A stretch of DNA of 45,701 bases from Candidatus Thorarchaeota archaeon (GCA_048882485.1 JBHLRP010000023.1:1-45701); one strand, 5' to 3'. Positions 1-8,920 are shown, numbered from the stretch's first letter. Notes: generated by a model from the sequence alone, not told the origin. Made by a program: numbers and translations.

Positions 1-79
1 AAAGAATTGTGGAGTAGGTTCTATTCAGAGGGGCGTTGGACTCACTAGGCTCTCCTATTTTATGGTGGCATTTGATTCT

Positions 80-1114
80 CTAAAATTCCATTCTTCGAAA
101 TTTCACGAACGCAATCACAGAGACCACAAGAATCATTCCACAACCTGCAAGGAACCATACAAGCTGCTTGGCCACATACTCCCTGTGTGCTAACCACTCA
201 TCTACTATATCATGTCCAGTGTTGCCCGAGAAGGTGTTGTTCTCCACAGTGTTGAATTCTGATTCATCATCTAGCCAGATGCCAATGTAGTTGTTGTTGC
301 AGGTGTTGTTGGCAATGGTGTTGGAGTCTGATGATTCGAGTGAGATGCCATGCTCCTCGTTGTTGCAGGTGTTGTTCGCCACGGTGTTGGAATCTGATTC
401 ATGGAGCTTGATGCCAATGTAGTTGTTGTTGCAGGTGTTGTTCTTCACGGTGTTGGAATCTGAGCCAGCTAGCCAGATGCCAAAATAGAAGCTGCTGTTG
501 CAGATGTTGTTCGTCACAATGTTGGATTCTGATTCTTTGAGAAGGATGCCACGGGAGTTGCTCCTACAAGTGTTGTTCGCTACGACGTTGTAAGCCGAGT
601 TGAAGAGAAAGATGCCTACAGAATTGTTTTTGCAAATGTTGTTGACTATCTTACCGTTGGTGACATTCTCCAAGTAGATTCCAACTGCATCCCATGCAGG
701 CATAGCAATAGGGTGATGTATATCACCAATAAGACTGCAGTTGCTTATAGTGAAGCTGACTCGCGTGTTCTCGATGCTTATGCAGTAACTCCTTTCCCCA
801 CTGAGGTCAATGTTCAACCCGTCAATTAAATACGGATTCTCAGGAAACCCATCACCAGGCCATCCCTCTCGCATAGCTGTGGCCGTAAAGTTGGCATCCC
901 CATCAATCGCTATGGTAGCATGTGGGGTGAGCTCTCCATCATCCCCAGATGGTAGTGGCAGCATCCAATAATACACTAGACCGCTTGTCATCAAGATGAA
1001 TGTTAGACTGACAGCCACTAAGATAGGATTGGGTTTCGAATACAGGTTCAACTTCTTCATAGGACCCGGAGGTGTCCTACAAACTCTTGAATCGTTCCTC
1101 ACATCTTGTCCCAC
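80..1114 (-). CDS. Membrane-anchored right-handed parallel beta-helix (NosD/CASH-like) protein, cassette 1
   Basis: N-terminal TM (ILVAVSLTFILMTSGLVYYW), ~22-aa repeats GIxLxxSxxNxVxNNTCNNN and a C-terminal TM with basic tail. The likely true start is the GTG at 1102, overlapping the upstream TGA. Confidence 0.85.
   Translation of the reverse strand: MGQDVRNDSRVCRTPPGPMKKLNLYSKPNPILVAVSLTFILMTSGLVYYWMLPLPSGDDGELTPHATIAIDGDANFTATAMREGWPGDGFPENPYLIDGLNIDLSGERSYCISIENTRVSFTISNCSLIGDIHHPIAMPAWDAVGIYLENVTNGKIVNNICKNNSVGIFLFNSAYNVVANNTCRSNSRGILLKESESNIVTNNICNSSFYFGIWLAGSDSNTVKNNTCNNNYIGIKLHESDSNTVANNTCNNEEHGISLESSDSNTIANNTCNNNYIGIWLDDESEFNTVENNTFSGNTGHDIVDEWLAHREYVAKQLVWFLAGCGMILVVSVIAFVKFRRMEF
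278..442. repeat. Intragenic direct repeat: identical 33-mer at 278-310 and 410-442 within 66-nt-period beta-helix coils
   Basis: GATGCCAATGTAGTTGTTGTTGCAGGTGTTGTT occurs twice, 132 nt apart. Confidence 0.8.
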
Positions 1115-1569
1115 TTGAGTCGCCTCCTGATGTTCTCAAACAGGTACACACCAAGCTCTGTTGGTGACATCTCTGGTTGGATACCGATCTCCCACTCCTC
1201 TGCCAGGGTGCGAAGGATCTCCTTGCACTCGTCCATCAAGTCACAGGTACCACAGTCTCCCTCGTGTACAAACCAATTATGAACACCCATCTTGGGAGAG
1301 TAGACGATGTATACTGGTGAGTCATATACGTGACAGAAGCCCTCAGCAATGCCGTATCGAGCACTCAGACGTTCTATCTTCACCCTGTTGACCGACGCGG
1401 CATGTTCTATGAGTTTCTTGATCCGAACCTCTGCTTTCTTCTGCTCTATACTCACATATGGCCTTGACATTCTCAGGTCCTTGGCGATATCTGACGGTCG
1501 GTCCTTCTGCCGCCTCCTAAGCCAGATGAGGTTCTGCTGCTTGGTTGGATATCGCAGAGTGTTGAACAT
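1099..1569 (-). CDS. HTH DNA-binding regulator with C-terminal Cys/His (putative metal-binding) domain, cassette 1
   Basis: HTH RPSDIAKDLRMSRPYVS, H-x2-D-CGTC-x5-C motif and a GAGGGG SD-like sequence. Full-length paralog of 3580..4050. Confidence 0.8.
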   Translation of the reverse strand: MFNTLRYPTKQQNLIWLRRRQKDRPSDIAKDLRMSRPYVSIEQKKAEVRIKKLIEHAASVNRVKIERLSARYGIAEGFCHVYDSPVYIVYSPKMGVHNWFVHEGDCGTCDLMDECKEILRTLAEEWEIGIQPEMSPTELGVYLFENIRRRLKWDKM

Positions 1570-1586
1570 TGTTTCCCCTCTATCAG

Positions 1587-1627
1587 TTAAACAGTTTCGT
1601 TTAACATAATTAAATGAATTTATTTAA
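1587..1627. promoter_or_regulatory. Tandem palindromic operator TTAA-N10-TTAA-N5-TTAA-N10-TTAA upstream of regulator 1
   Basis: Inverted repeats GTTAAAC-N6-GTTTAAC and TTAAAT-N6-ATTTAA. They lie between a minus-strand TTATTA TATA-like box (~1636-1642) and the start codon. Confidence 0.7.
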
Positions 1628-1713
1628 CTACTTGCTAATAAGTCCATCGGTCATTTCTGCACGAATACCAGAGCAAAAAGAAGATGGAGAAAGGAGGTTT
1701 GAATACTCCTTAT

Positions 1714-2508
1714 TCATCTTCGTCTAAGGAAAACGATTACTAACACAATGACGACTACTGCTATTCCAATACCTGCTATGATGAGCATAGTGGTCATGAC
1801 ACCATTAGGAGGCGGGGTCGTTCCATCGGTTGGAGTAGTTGTAGGGGTCGGTATTGTGTAGCCTGGGTCATCACTGACAATGAGGTTGTCTATGGCACAA
1901 CCAGTTGCATTATTGCTATAGATTTGGAGATACGCAGAACTTGTTATACCGGTGTAATCAAAAGAAGCTCTGAGAGTTCCATTGATGCAGACCTCGATGT
2001 GACTTTCACTTGTCCTGTTTACTTTGATATGGTGCCATCCTGGTACGGTATCCATAATCCCGTCTCTGATAATCGAACCAGAAGTTCCCCATTCCCGCCA
2101 GACGATAAACCTATCTAGGAAAAATCCAGCAGAAACATGACTATTGTTTGTTGCTCCTGCCCACGAAACGGTTCCGTTAGATAAGAACTGAACATAGAAA
2201 GCTCCATAATAACCGTCTGGGACATACATATCGAAAATCCAACTCCCTACATTCACAGTACTATCAATTCTGGCAATGTTAACATCATCATCAAGTACTT
2301 CCAACACGCCTGATATAGCGGAGAAGTCGCCATCTATCATGACCTGTGAAGTAGTATTCTCATATCCGTATAATGTCCAACCAGGTAGGTTAGGATCGCT
2401 GAAGTCGTCTTCCCACATTACGGCAGCATTAGTTGTGGTTGTGCATGTTGAAATACAAAGCACCATCATAGCCAATCCTGCAATTAGTTGTATCCATCTT
2501 GTTTTCAT
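1714..2508 (-). CDS. Secreted, C-terminally anchored beta-sandwich (LamG/ConA-like) surface protein
   Basis: Signal peptide, WEDDFSD..GW start, GWHHIKV and IDNLIV strands typical of ConA-like folds, Thr/Pro linker, then TM + RRR. Confidence 0.65.
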   Translation of the reverse strand: MKTRWIQLIAGLAMMVLCISTCTTTTNAAVMWEDDFSDPNLPGWTLYGYENTTSQVMIDGDFSAISGVLEVLDDDVNIARIDSTVNVGSWIFDMYVPDGYYGAFYVQFLSNGTVSWAGATNNSHVSAGFFLDRFIVWREWGTSGSIIRDGIMDTVPGWHHIKVNRTSESHIEVCINGTLRASFDYTGITSSAYLQIYSNNATGCAIDNLIVSDDPGYTIPTPTTTPTDGTTPPPNGVMTTMLIIAGIGIAVVVIVLVIVFLRRR

Positions 2509-2530
2509 TCAATTACCCTCCAATCCCTTT

Positions 2531-3595
2531 TTAGTAGTATTTTCTTCTTCCTGACAACATTCTCCATGCTGCACCCAGTATTATGATTCCTGAGAATCCA
2601 ACAAACAGGAAACCTATAGGATTAAACTCCTCGGTTCCAGCCTCCCCAGTTCCAGCCTCCTCGGTGATATACACCCCGAAGATATCATGTTCGGTGTTGC
2701 CCAAGCAGGTGTTGTCAGCAACGATGTTGGATAGGTCGCCGGAATAGATACCGATCCTGCTGTAGTTGCAGGTGTTAGCGGATATAGTATTGTTATTGCT
2801 GGTGGAAGGGCACGAAGAGTCTACGCAGATGCCACATTCGGTGTTGCTGTTGCAGGCGTTGTTTGCCACGGTGTTGTACACTGAGGAGTCGAGGTAGATG
2901 CCATGTTCAGTGTTGTTGTTGCAGGTGTTGTTCGCTATTGTGCTACTCGATGAATGCGTCAGCTCGATGCCGTGTCCAGTGTTGTTGTTGCAGGTGTTGT
3001 TGACTATATCACAGTTGCCGACAGCCATTGTGCCGATTCCACCTCCATTGTTTGAGCAGTTGTTTTTCGCCACGGTGATATACTCTGAGAAACAGAATAC
3101 GATGCCAACACGGTTGTTGCTACAGGTATTGCTGACTAGCTCGCCGTTGGTGACATTCTCTAGGAAGATTCCAAATTCCTCAGCACCAGTGAGATTACAG
3201 TTGCTAATGACGAAGCTAACTCGCGTATTGCTGATGCTTATGCATCGATTGTATGATCCACCAAAGCCAATAACCAACCCCTCAATTATGAACGGGTTTC
3301 CAGGAGACCCATCACCTAGCCATCCCTCTAGCAGAGCTGTGGCTGAGAAGTTGGCATCCCCATCGATTGCTATGGCACTATGTGGAGTTCTTACAACATA
3401 GTTTCTCTTTTCCCAAGGTTCTAGAAACACTGGGAGAGGTTGCATCAAATAATAGACAAGACCGGTTGTAGTCATGATGAGTGTTAAACTCACAGCCATG
3501 AAGATAGTTCTAGGTTTCAAATGTTGGTTCAGACTCTTCTTGGAACCTGAAGGTATCTGGCAAAATCTTGAGTCGTTCCTCACATCTTGTCCCAT
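2531..3595 (-). CDS. Membrane-anchored beta-helix (NosD/CASH-like) protein, cassette 2
   Basis: Paralog of 80..1114 (shared RNDSR.C, TM, AIAIDGDANF, NNTCNNN repeats, C-terminal TM). The likely start is the GTG at 3583, overlapping the regulator stop. Confidence 0.85.
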   Translation of the reverse strand: MGQDVRNDSRFCQIPSGSKKSLNQHLKPRTIFMAVSLTLIMTTTGLVYYLMQPLPVFLEPWEKRNYVVRTPHSAIAIDGDANFSATALLEGWLGDGSPGNPFIIEGLVIGFGGSYNRCISISNTRVSFVISNCNLTGAEEFGIFLENVTNGELVSNTCSNNRVGIVFCFSEYITVAKNNCSNNGGGIGTMAVGNCDIVNNTCNNNTGHGIELTHSSSSTIANNTCNNNTEHGIYLDSSVYNTVANNACNSNTECGICVDSSCPSTSNNNTISANTCNYSRIGIYSGDLSNIVADNTCLGNTEHDIFGVYITEEAGTGEAGTEEFNPIGFLFVGFSGIIILGAAWRMLSGRRKYY

Positions 3596-4050
3596 TTGAG
3601 TCGTCCCCTGATGATGTTAAACAGATACTCACTGAGCTCTGTTGGAGACATGTTTGGCGGCGCATGGATCTCCCACTCTTCCGCTAATGTGTGGAGGGCC
3701 TCCTTGCATTGAGCCTCTATGTCACAGGTGCCACAGTTTCCTATGTGGTCATACCAGCTCAGTACACCAATTTCGGGGGAGTAGGTGATGTATGTCCGAG
3801 AGTCATTTGCATGACAGTACCCCTCCGCAATGCCATATTGAGTGCTCATTCGTCTTATCTTCACTCGGTTGACTGATGCAGTGTGTTCAATGAGCTTCTT
3901 GATTCGAGCCTCGGCTCTCTTCTGTTCCATGGTGACAAAGGGCCGCGATACTTTCAGGTCCTTGGCGATATCTGTCGGTCGGTCCTTCCGACGACGTCTG
4001 AGCCAGATGATTCCCTGTTGTTTGGTCGGGTACCGTAGAGTGTTGAACAT
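3580..4050 (-). CDS. HTH regulator with Cys/His domain, cassette 2
   Basis: Same length (156 aa) and motifs as 1099..1569 (MFNTLRYPTKQQ, DIAKDL, CGTCD, LAEEWEI, RLKWDKM). Confidence 0.8.
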   Translation of the reverse strand: MFNTLRYPTKQQGIIWLRRRRKDRPTDIAKDLKVSRPFVTMEQKRAEARIKKLIEHTASVNRVKIRRMSTQYGIAEGYCHANDSRTYITYSPEIGVLSWYDHIGNCGTCDIEAQCKEALHTLAEEWEIHAPPNMSPTELSEYLFNIIRGRLKWDKM

Positions 4051-4066
4051 TAATCTCCCTCTTCAT

Positions 4067-4107
4067 TTAACCAGTCATAGTTAAATGATTTAACAAGAAT
4101 ATGTTAA
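4067..4107. promoter_or_regulatory. Tandem palindromic operator TTAA-N10-TTAA-N5-TTAA-N10-TTAA upstream of regulator 2
   Basis: CATTTAAC-N8-GTTAAATG and TTAACA-N6-TGTTAA, with the same TTAA spacing as 1587-1627. A TTATTA box lies upstream on the minus strand. Confidence 0.7.
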
Positions 4108-4252
4108 CAACTTAGTAATAAGTTCATCGGTGTTCTAGAGTTCACTACACACCAAGACTAGCAAACACGAAGATCTCCCAGTAGAGCGGAGTGGAATCCT
4201 GCAAACAGACATTTATCCTAGTCAATGATGAACGCATTCGAGGGTAGGCGTT

Positions 4253-4903
4253 TTGATAAGAAAAGTTGCGAAGGCTCTGATATACCTGACATACTATAAC
4301 ATCTGCCTCCTGATTTTTGCGAGTGGTATTTACCTAAACATAATCACATTGGTCGCCATCGCTCTAGACCAGATTGTCGTTTTTGCAGATATAATGATAC
4401 GACCCTCAACACCATTGGAAGATGCTGACACCACAACTAAGTTGGTAGGCCTTCTATTATTGGTACATCCATTCTTTCTGGGCATTCTCTTCTATGAGCA
4501 TCTCTTTCTGACCTCGACATTTTTAATCGCTCTCGACGCTCCCGTTATCTCTTACATTGGTATCATTGTCTATATTGTGGGAGGGATACTTGTTCTACGG
4601 AGTAGAATCCAGCTCGGAAGGTATGGGGATGGGACTCCTGCATTGAAGGAAGACCACCACCTCTTGCCCGAGGGAATCTACAGCCACATCCGTCATCCAT
4701 TATACTCAGGAGGAATGCTAGGACGTATTGGGCTTGGTCTATCATTTCGAGGCTACTTGGGCACAATCGTGTTCGTATTGGTCTATTTCATAATATTCAG
4801 AAAGAGAATGGAGATTGAGGAACAATCATTGCTATCTGAGTTCGGAGAAGAGTATGAGGAATATATGAAACGAACCAAACGTTTCTTCCCTTGCATCTAT
4901 TAA
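4253..4903 (+). CDS. Isoprenylcysteine carboxyl methyltransferase / PEMT family membrane methyltransferase
   Basis: Multi-TM protein with the family motifs GIYSHIRHPLYSG, EEQSL..EFGEEYEEY and KRFFP. Confidence 0.85.
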   Translation: MIRKVAKALIYLTYYNICLLIFASGIYLNIITLVAIALDQIVVFADIMIRPSTPLEDADTTTKLVGLLLLVHPFFLGILFYEHLFLTSTFLIALDAPVISYIGIIVYIVGGILVLRSRIQLGRYGDGTPALKEDHHLLPEGIYSHIRHPLYSGGMLGRIGLGLSFRGYLGTIVFVLVYFIIFRKRMEIEEQSLLSEFGEEYEEYMKRTKRFFPCIY

Positions 4904-4928
4904 TCTCAGGAGTAGATTCTCATTTCTG

Positions 4929-6782
4929 TCAGATCGTTCCTCGTCGCCGGAGCGCATAGACAGCAACGACAATCAATATCGCTCCGCCGCCGACCAACCC
5001 AATGACTATTGTGTTACTCGACCATCTTACCGAGAAGACTGAGTCAGACACATCCTCTGCGGTGAGTCCGGAGGCCCCTCTGGCGATAACACGTATGAGA
5101 TACTGATCTGTTTCTGGTAATCCCCTGGCATCCCATGCAATTGAAGTGCTATCATAGGTACTGATTATCACATTCCATGTTTCTCCAGCATCTGTGGAAT
5201 AGAAGACATCATATGAAACAATAAGACCCCAGGACTCAACAGAGTCAGTCCATGTGATCTCATAATCTCCACCAATTGTTTCACCACCATTTGGAGTGAG
5301 GACTGTCGGGGCTGACAGGGTGTGGCTTTTGACTTCATACATCGCATTGGTCGTGTACTCTGAAATCAGTCCATCAGTACATTGTGCAGCAATTCTGATT
5401 CTGCATTCAGTACTCTCCAAGAAATCTGATGAATTCCAGTTCAGATTTGTATCAATCAGCCCGTGAACAAGTTCAATCCACGAAGATCCTCCATCTGCCG
5501 AAGCTGATACATTGTAGATAACATCGTGTCCAAATGTGTCGCTAGAAACACTCCAAGCAATCTGAATCTGCCCCCAGAATCTCTCTCCATCCAACGTTTC
5601 GTTCGGATAGATCAATCTTGGCTTTGTGAGGATATGCATCAAGTCCGTCAGGAAAACCCTGATATACGGTTCAGAATCGCTCTGTCCCACACCAAATGGA
5701 TACGCGTGGTCAACAATATCATTCTCATCATCATCTGGCCAAGTCCATGCATCATAATAATTCCCAATGACATCGTTGTTGGAACCGGAAATATCTAGAT
5801 AGGTAGCAGCTTCCACAAATCCAAGATTGTTCTCTATTAGATTGTTCTGCGTGACGTAGTTGTTATCTGATTGAATGCGAAGCCCCTGCATCTGACTTCT
5901 GTGGAACGTGTTTGAAATGATGTCTGAAGAATCTCCAGACAAATCAAGAGAATAAGAACCGCTCTCGTGCACAACATTGTCCTTGATTACACAAGTCGCG
6001 GATGCTTCAATTGAGATACCATCTGATAGACTGAAGCCTACGAGATTCCTTTCCAGTCTACATCTAGGCGAGTTTCCAAGCTTGATGCCGCTCATGCCGC
6101 TTGTGACTGTATTGAGAGTTATATTATTCTCAGAGGAATCTCGTAGACGAATACCATCATGCAAGAGATCGCTTACAACATTGTCAGAGATCGAGCAGTT
6201 ATTCGTATAGTCTGCAAGAATACCCCATCCGTTCACACTATCAATCGTGTTGTTCGAGTATTCACAATATTCTGAACCTAGAGAATACAATCCCGCGGAA
6301 TCTGGACCGCTAATGTCTTGGATTGTGTTATTTGTCACTATAACATCATCTGACTCGGTCACGAGTATACCAGAACTCTGCGAGTCTTGGATTGTATTAT
6401 TCCAGACCTTGGCATTTGTCACATTATCCAGAAGAATTCCCATTGCGCCTCCAACTAAAAGGCATCCCCGAACCTCAAAGAATACTGTTGAGTTCCCTAT
6501 TTGAATTGGGGAGGTCCCTGCAGTGGTGATATTCAATCCCTTGACTATATAGGGGTCGCTCACTGAACCATTGCCATCCCAAGAGTTAGCAGAAGCCTGA
6601 TCTGCGAAGTCGCTGTCATTGGAAATATGGATAGGAGGTGCTTCATCATAGGCGGGAACGAAGCCTCTTGATACATCCCGACTCTGTCTACTGCTATGGC
6701 TGTCGAAGTAACACCATGTCGCTGTTAGTGGACATACAACGAGTAGAGTTAGGCAGAATAGGATTGCTGCTATCCTTCGCAT
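4929..6782 (-). CDS. Surface protein: beta-helix (NosD-like) + two Ig/Fn3-like domains + C-terminal TM
   Basis: Signal peptide, GNGSVSDPYIV cap, beta-helix repeats, PN(GG)E..I.W..Y..S.DGG..W domains, then TM + RRR. Confidence 0.8.
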   Translation of the reverse strand: MRRIAAILFCLTLLVVCPLTATWCYFDSHSSRQSRDVSRGFVPAYDEAPPIHISNDSDFADQASANSWDGNGSVSDPYIVKGLNITTAGTSPIQIGNSTVFFEVRGCLLVGGAMGILLDNVTNAKVWNNTIQDSQSSGILVTESDDVIVTNNTIQDISGPDSAGLYSLGSEYCEYSNNTIDSVNGWGILADYTNNCSISDNVVSDLLHDGIRLRDSSENNITLNTVTSGMSGIKLGNSPRCRLERNLVGFSLSDGISIEASATCVIKDNVVHESGSYSLDLSGDSSDIISNTFHRSQMQGLRIQSDNNYVTQNNLIENNLGFVEAATYLDISGSNNDVIGNYYDAWTWPDDDENDIVDHAYPFGVGQSDSEPYIRVFLTDLMHILTKPRLIYPNETLDGERFWGQIQIAWSVSSDTFGHDVIYNVSASADGGSSWIELVHGLIDTNLNWNSSDFLESTECRIRIAAQCTDGLISEYTTNAMYEVKSHTLSAPTVLTPNGGETIGGDYEITWTDSVESWGLIVSYDVFYSTDAGETWNVIISTYDSTSIAWDARGLPETDQYLIRVIARGASGLTAEDVSDSVFSVRWSSNTIVIGLVGGGAILIVVAVYALRRRGTI

Positions 6783-6818
6783 CGATTATCAGTTCTCCTT
6801 GATTTGTCGTTCGTCTCT

Positions 6819-8642
6819 TCAGGTCTTGCTTGTCCTCTTCTTCTTCAGAATAATCACTACAACTATCGCTACCGCAACACCTGTAATCCCCCCTCCAATC
6901 AAGAGCGGAGTCAAGTCTGGTCCTCCTGTTGGTGTCGTGGGTGTAGTTGTCACATGCTGAATCGAAAATAACACAGAGATGGCTTCAGATGATAATCCCC
7001 CGTCTGCCGAAGCAACAATCTTTACGACATAGGTGTCATCTTCTTCAAGTTGAGAGACGTCCCACTGATAGCTCGTACCAGTCAAACCGGAAGCTAGATC
7101 ATTCCAATCATAGCCTCCAGTCGATGAATATTGTATAGAATAACTCACAATCCATCCCCAAGAATCTACAACAGCATCCCATTCGATCGTGAGACTTCTA
7201 TCGAATGGGCCAGAATTAGCTGGCGACCTGATAGTGACCTCTGACAAAGCATGCGGTATCAATGAGAATTCCGCATCAGAGTCGTCTGTTACATTCAGGC
7301 CCTCTGAACATTCAGCAATTACTCGAATTAGATAATGACCCGTCTTCAATTCAGCAGTCGTGTCCCACTCGTATTGAGTGGTAGTCAGATTCCCGACTAT
7401 CTTTTCCCAATCGACGCCTGAGTTACTAGAAACATAGATCGAATAATTGACCTCATGACTCTCTGAATCATAACTTGGAATCCACTGTATGGTGGCAGAG
7501 TCTGTAATTACCTCTCCACCATTCGGATATAGTACTCTAATTGGTGTGAGGAAGTGGACCACGGATGCGTTTGCAGGCTTGGTCAATGGAAATGGGTCCT
7601 CATTCATTGCAGCTCCTTCAAGCGCATAGGGAAAGTCCACAATCTGGTCAGAATTTGCATCAGGAGTTGTCCAATCACTCCAGTAATTGTACTGAACAGT
7701 CACAGAGGCGTCATCAAGCGCTTGAGAAGTCCCGCCAATATTGTTGCCTTTGAATGCGTTCCACTTTATCGTGTTATTGCCTGATGATGCTTCCACGTAG
7801 AACGCATGTTCTGTAGAGTTTTCGACAGTGTTGACAAGAATGTTGTTTCCACTTGCATTATGAGAAAGATGTATACCACATGTATTAGGATTCAGGTCAG
7901 CTGGATCAAAGATTCGATTGAAGGCGATATTGTTCAAAGTGGACTGATTGGATATCCACATCGCATTGTCGTTGCCAAACAGCAAATTCTCGAAGACCTG
8001 ACAACTATTTGTGTTCCTGAGCCAGATACCCAGTTCATCATTATACACTGTATTATTCCAAATCTCGAGATGTGTCGAATAATTGGCCCAGATGCCATTG
8101 TAGGTGTTTTGATACACCTCGTTATTCCGAATTCTTACATCCGTTGAGCCGTTAATTCTGATTCCACTCTGAGATGTATTGCAGACCTCGTTGAGTGTGA
8201 TGTTTATGCTCTGACAATCTTTGTCCAAGAATATCCCGTGTCTGTTATTGACCACAGTATTGTTGTACACTAGCCCATTCTTCGCGTTTCGTATATAGAT
8301 TGCATCCAATGATGAGGTTATACTATCAAGGTAGTTGTTCTGGATTACAAAGAACGCTTCAGTATTCTCAATTACTATCAATTCGAAGTTGCTGTCAGTG
8401 ATATTGTAGCCCTCTATTCTGTATGGTGTGCCTTTATCTCCCGTCCCGGGAAATCCATAACTGCTGAAGTCGGCATCACTAAGGATGGCGATTGGTCCTC
8501 TATTTGCATATGAACTCTGAAATCCACTGTTCTCATTCGTCATCTGAAGAGATTCTCCTACAGAGGGAATCTCCGAAGACACAGTACAGTTTATTATCAT
8601 AGATAATAGAAGAGCTAGACCAATCCACGCGAACCTTCTCAA
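6819..8642 (-). CDS. Surface protein: beta-helix + two Ig/Fn3-like domains + Thr linker + TM (paralog of 4929..6782)
   Basis: Same architecture (GTGDKGTPYRI cap, NYWSDW, VLYPNGGE, TTTPTTP, TM KKKR). TTG start with GAGGAGG SD. Confidence 0.8.
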   Translation of the reverse strand: MRRFAWIGLALLLSMIINCTVSSEIPSVGESLQMTNENSGFQSSYANRGPIAILSDADFSSYGFPGTGDKGTPYRIEGYNITDSNFELIVIENTEAFFVIQNNYLDSITSSLDAIYIRNAKNGLVYNNTVVNNRHGIFLDKDCQSINITLNEVCNTSQSGIRINGSTDVRIRNNEVYQNTYNGIWANYSTHLEIWNNTVYNDELGIWLRNTNSCQVFENLLFGNDNAMWISNQSTLNNIAFNRIFDPADLNPNTCGIHLSHNASGNNILVNTVENSTEHAFYVEASSGNNTIKWNAFKGNNIGGTSQALDDASVTVQYNYWSDWTTPDANSDQIVDFPYALEGAAMNEDPFPLTKPANASVVHFLTPIRVLYPNGGEVITDSATIQWIPSYDSESHEVNYSIYVSSNSGVDWEKIVGNLTTTQYEWDTTAELKTGHYLIRVIAECSEGLNVTDDSDAEFSLIPHALSEVTIRSPANSGPFDRSLTIEWDAVVDSWGWIVSYSIQYSSTGGYDWNDLASGLTGTSYQWDVSQLEEDDTYVVKIVASADGGLSSEAISVLFSIQHVTTTPTTPTGGPDLTPLLIGGGITGVAVAIVVVIILKKKRTSKT

Positions 8643-8920
8643 TTCAATCCTCCTCAGGAATGATTAGAACCCAAGTGGTATACTCTCCAAGTCTTTTAAG
8701 ACTGATGACTGTTCGATTGAATCAGTCAGTATCGCAATCGACACGCTCTCCACTCTTTAAAGAGGAGGCGATTTACCCCCCCATGTTGTGATTCGATTTC
8801 GTTCTGGAAAGGTTGGAGGTATTATTTCTTGTATCATGTTTCTGATTCTACGAACTACTCTCTTACTGACTTCATGATGGCTATTGCATGGCTCCTTGCT
8901 TGAGGAAGGCTTCAGCGATT

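Noticed and set aside
230-640. CRISPR array or DGR template/variable repeats
   Set aside because: The repeats are in-frame beta-helix coils with a 66-nt period. There are no unique spacers, no cas or reverse transcriptase gene, and no adenine-specific mismatch pair.
1099-1114. Programmed frameshift fusing the HTH regulator to the membrane protein (ToxR-like)
   Set aside because: No slippery sequence is seen. The ATGTGA stop/start overlap in both copies is explained by ordinary translational coupling.
4253-4903. ICMT as evidence of eukaryote-like CaaX prenylation
   Set aside because: The family is widespread in prokaryotes, and no prenyltransferase or CaaX substrate is evident here.
8689-8731. 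Palindrome AGTCTTTTAAGACT and adjacent imperfect hairpin upstream of 6819..8642
   Set aside because: It overlaps a probable TATA box, occurs once and does not match the TTAA-N10-TTAA operator, so support is insufficient.
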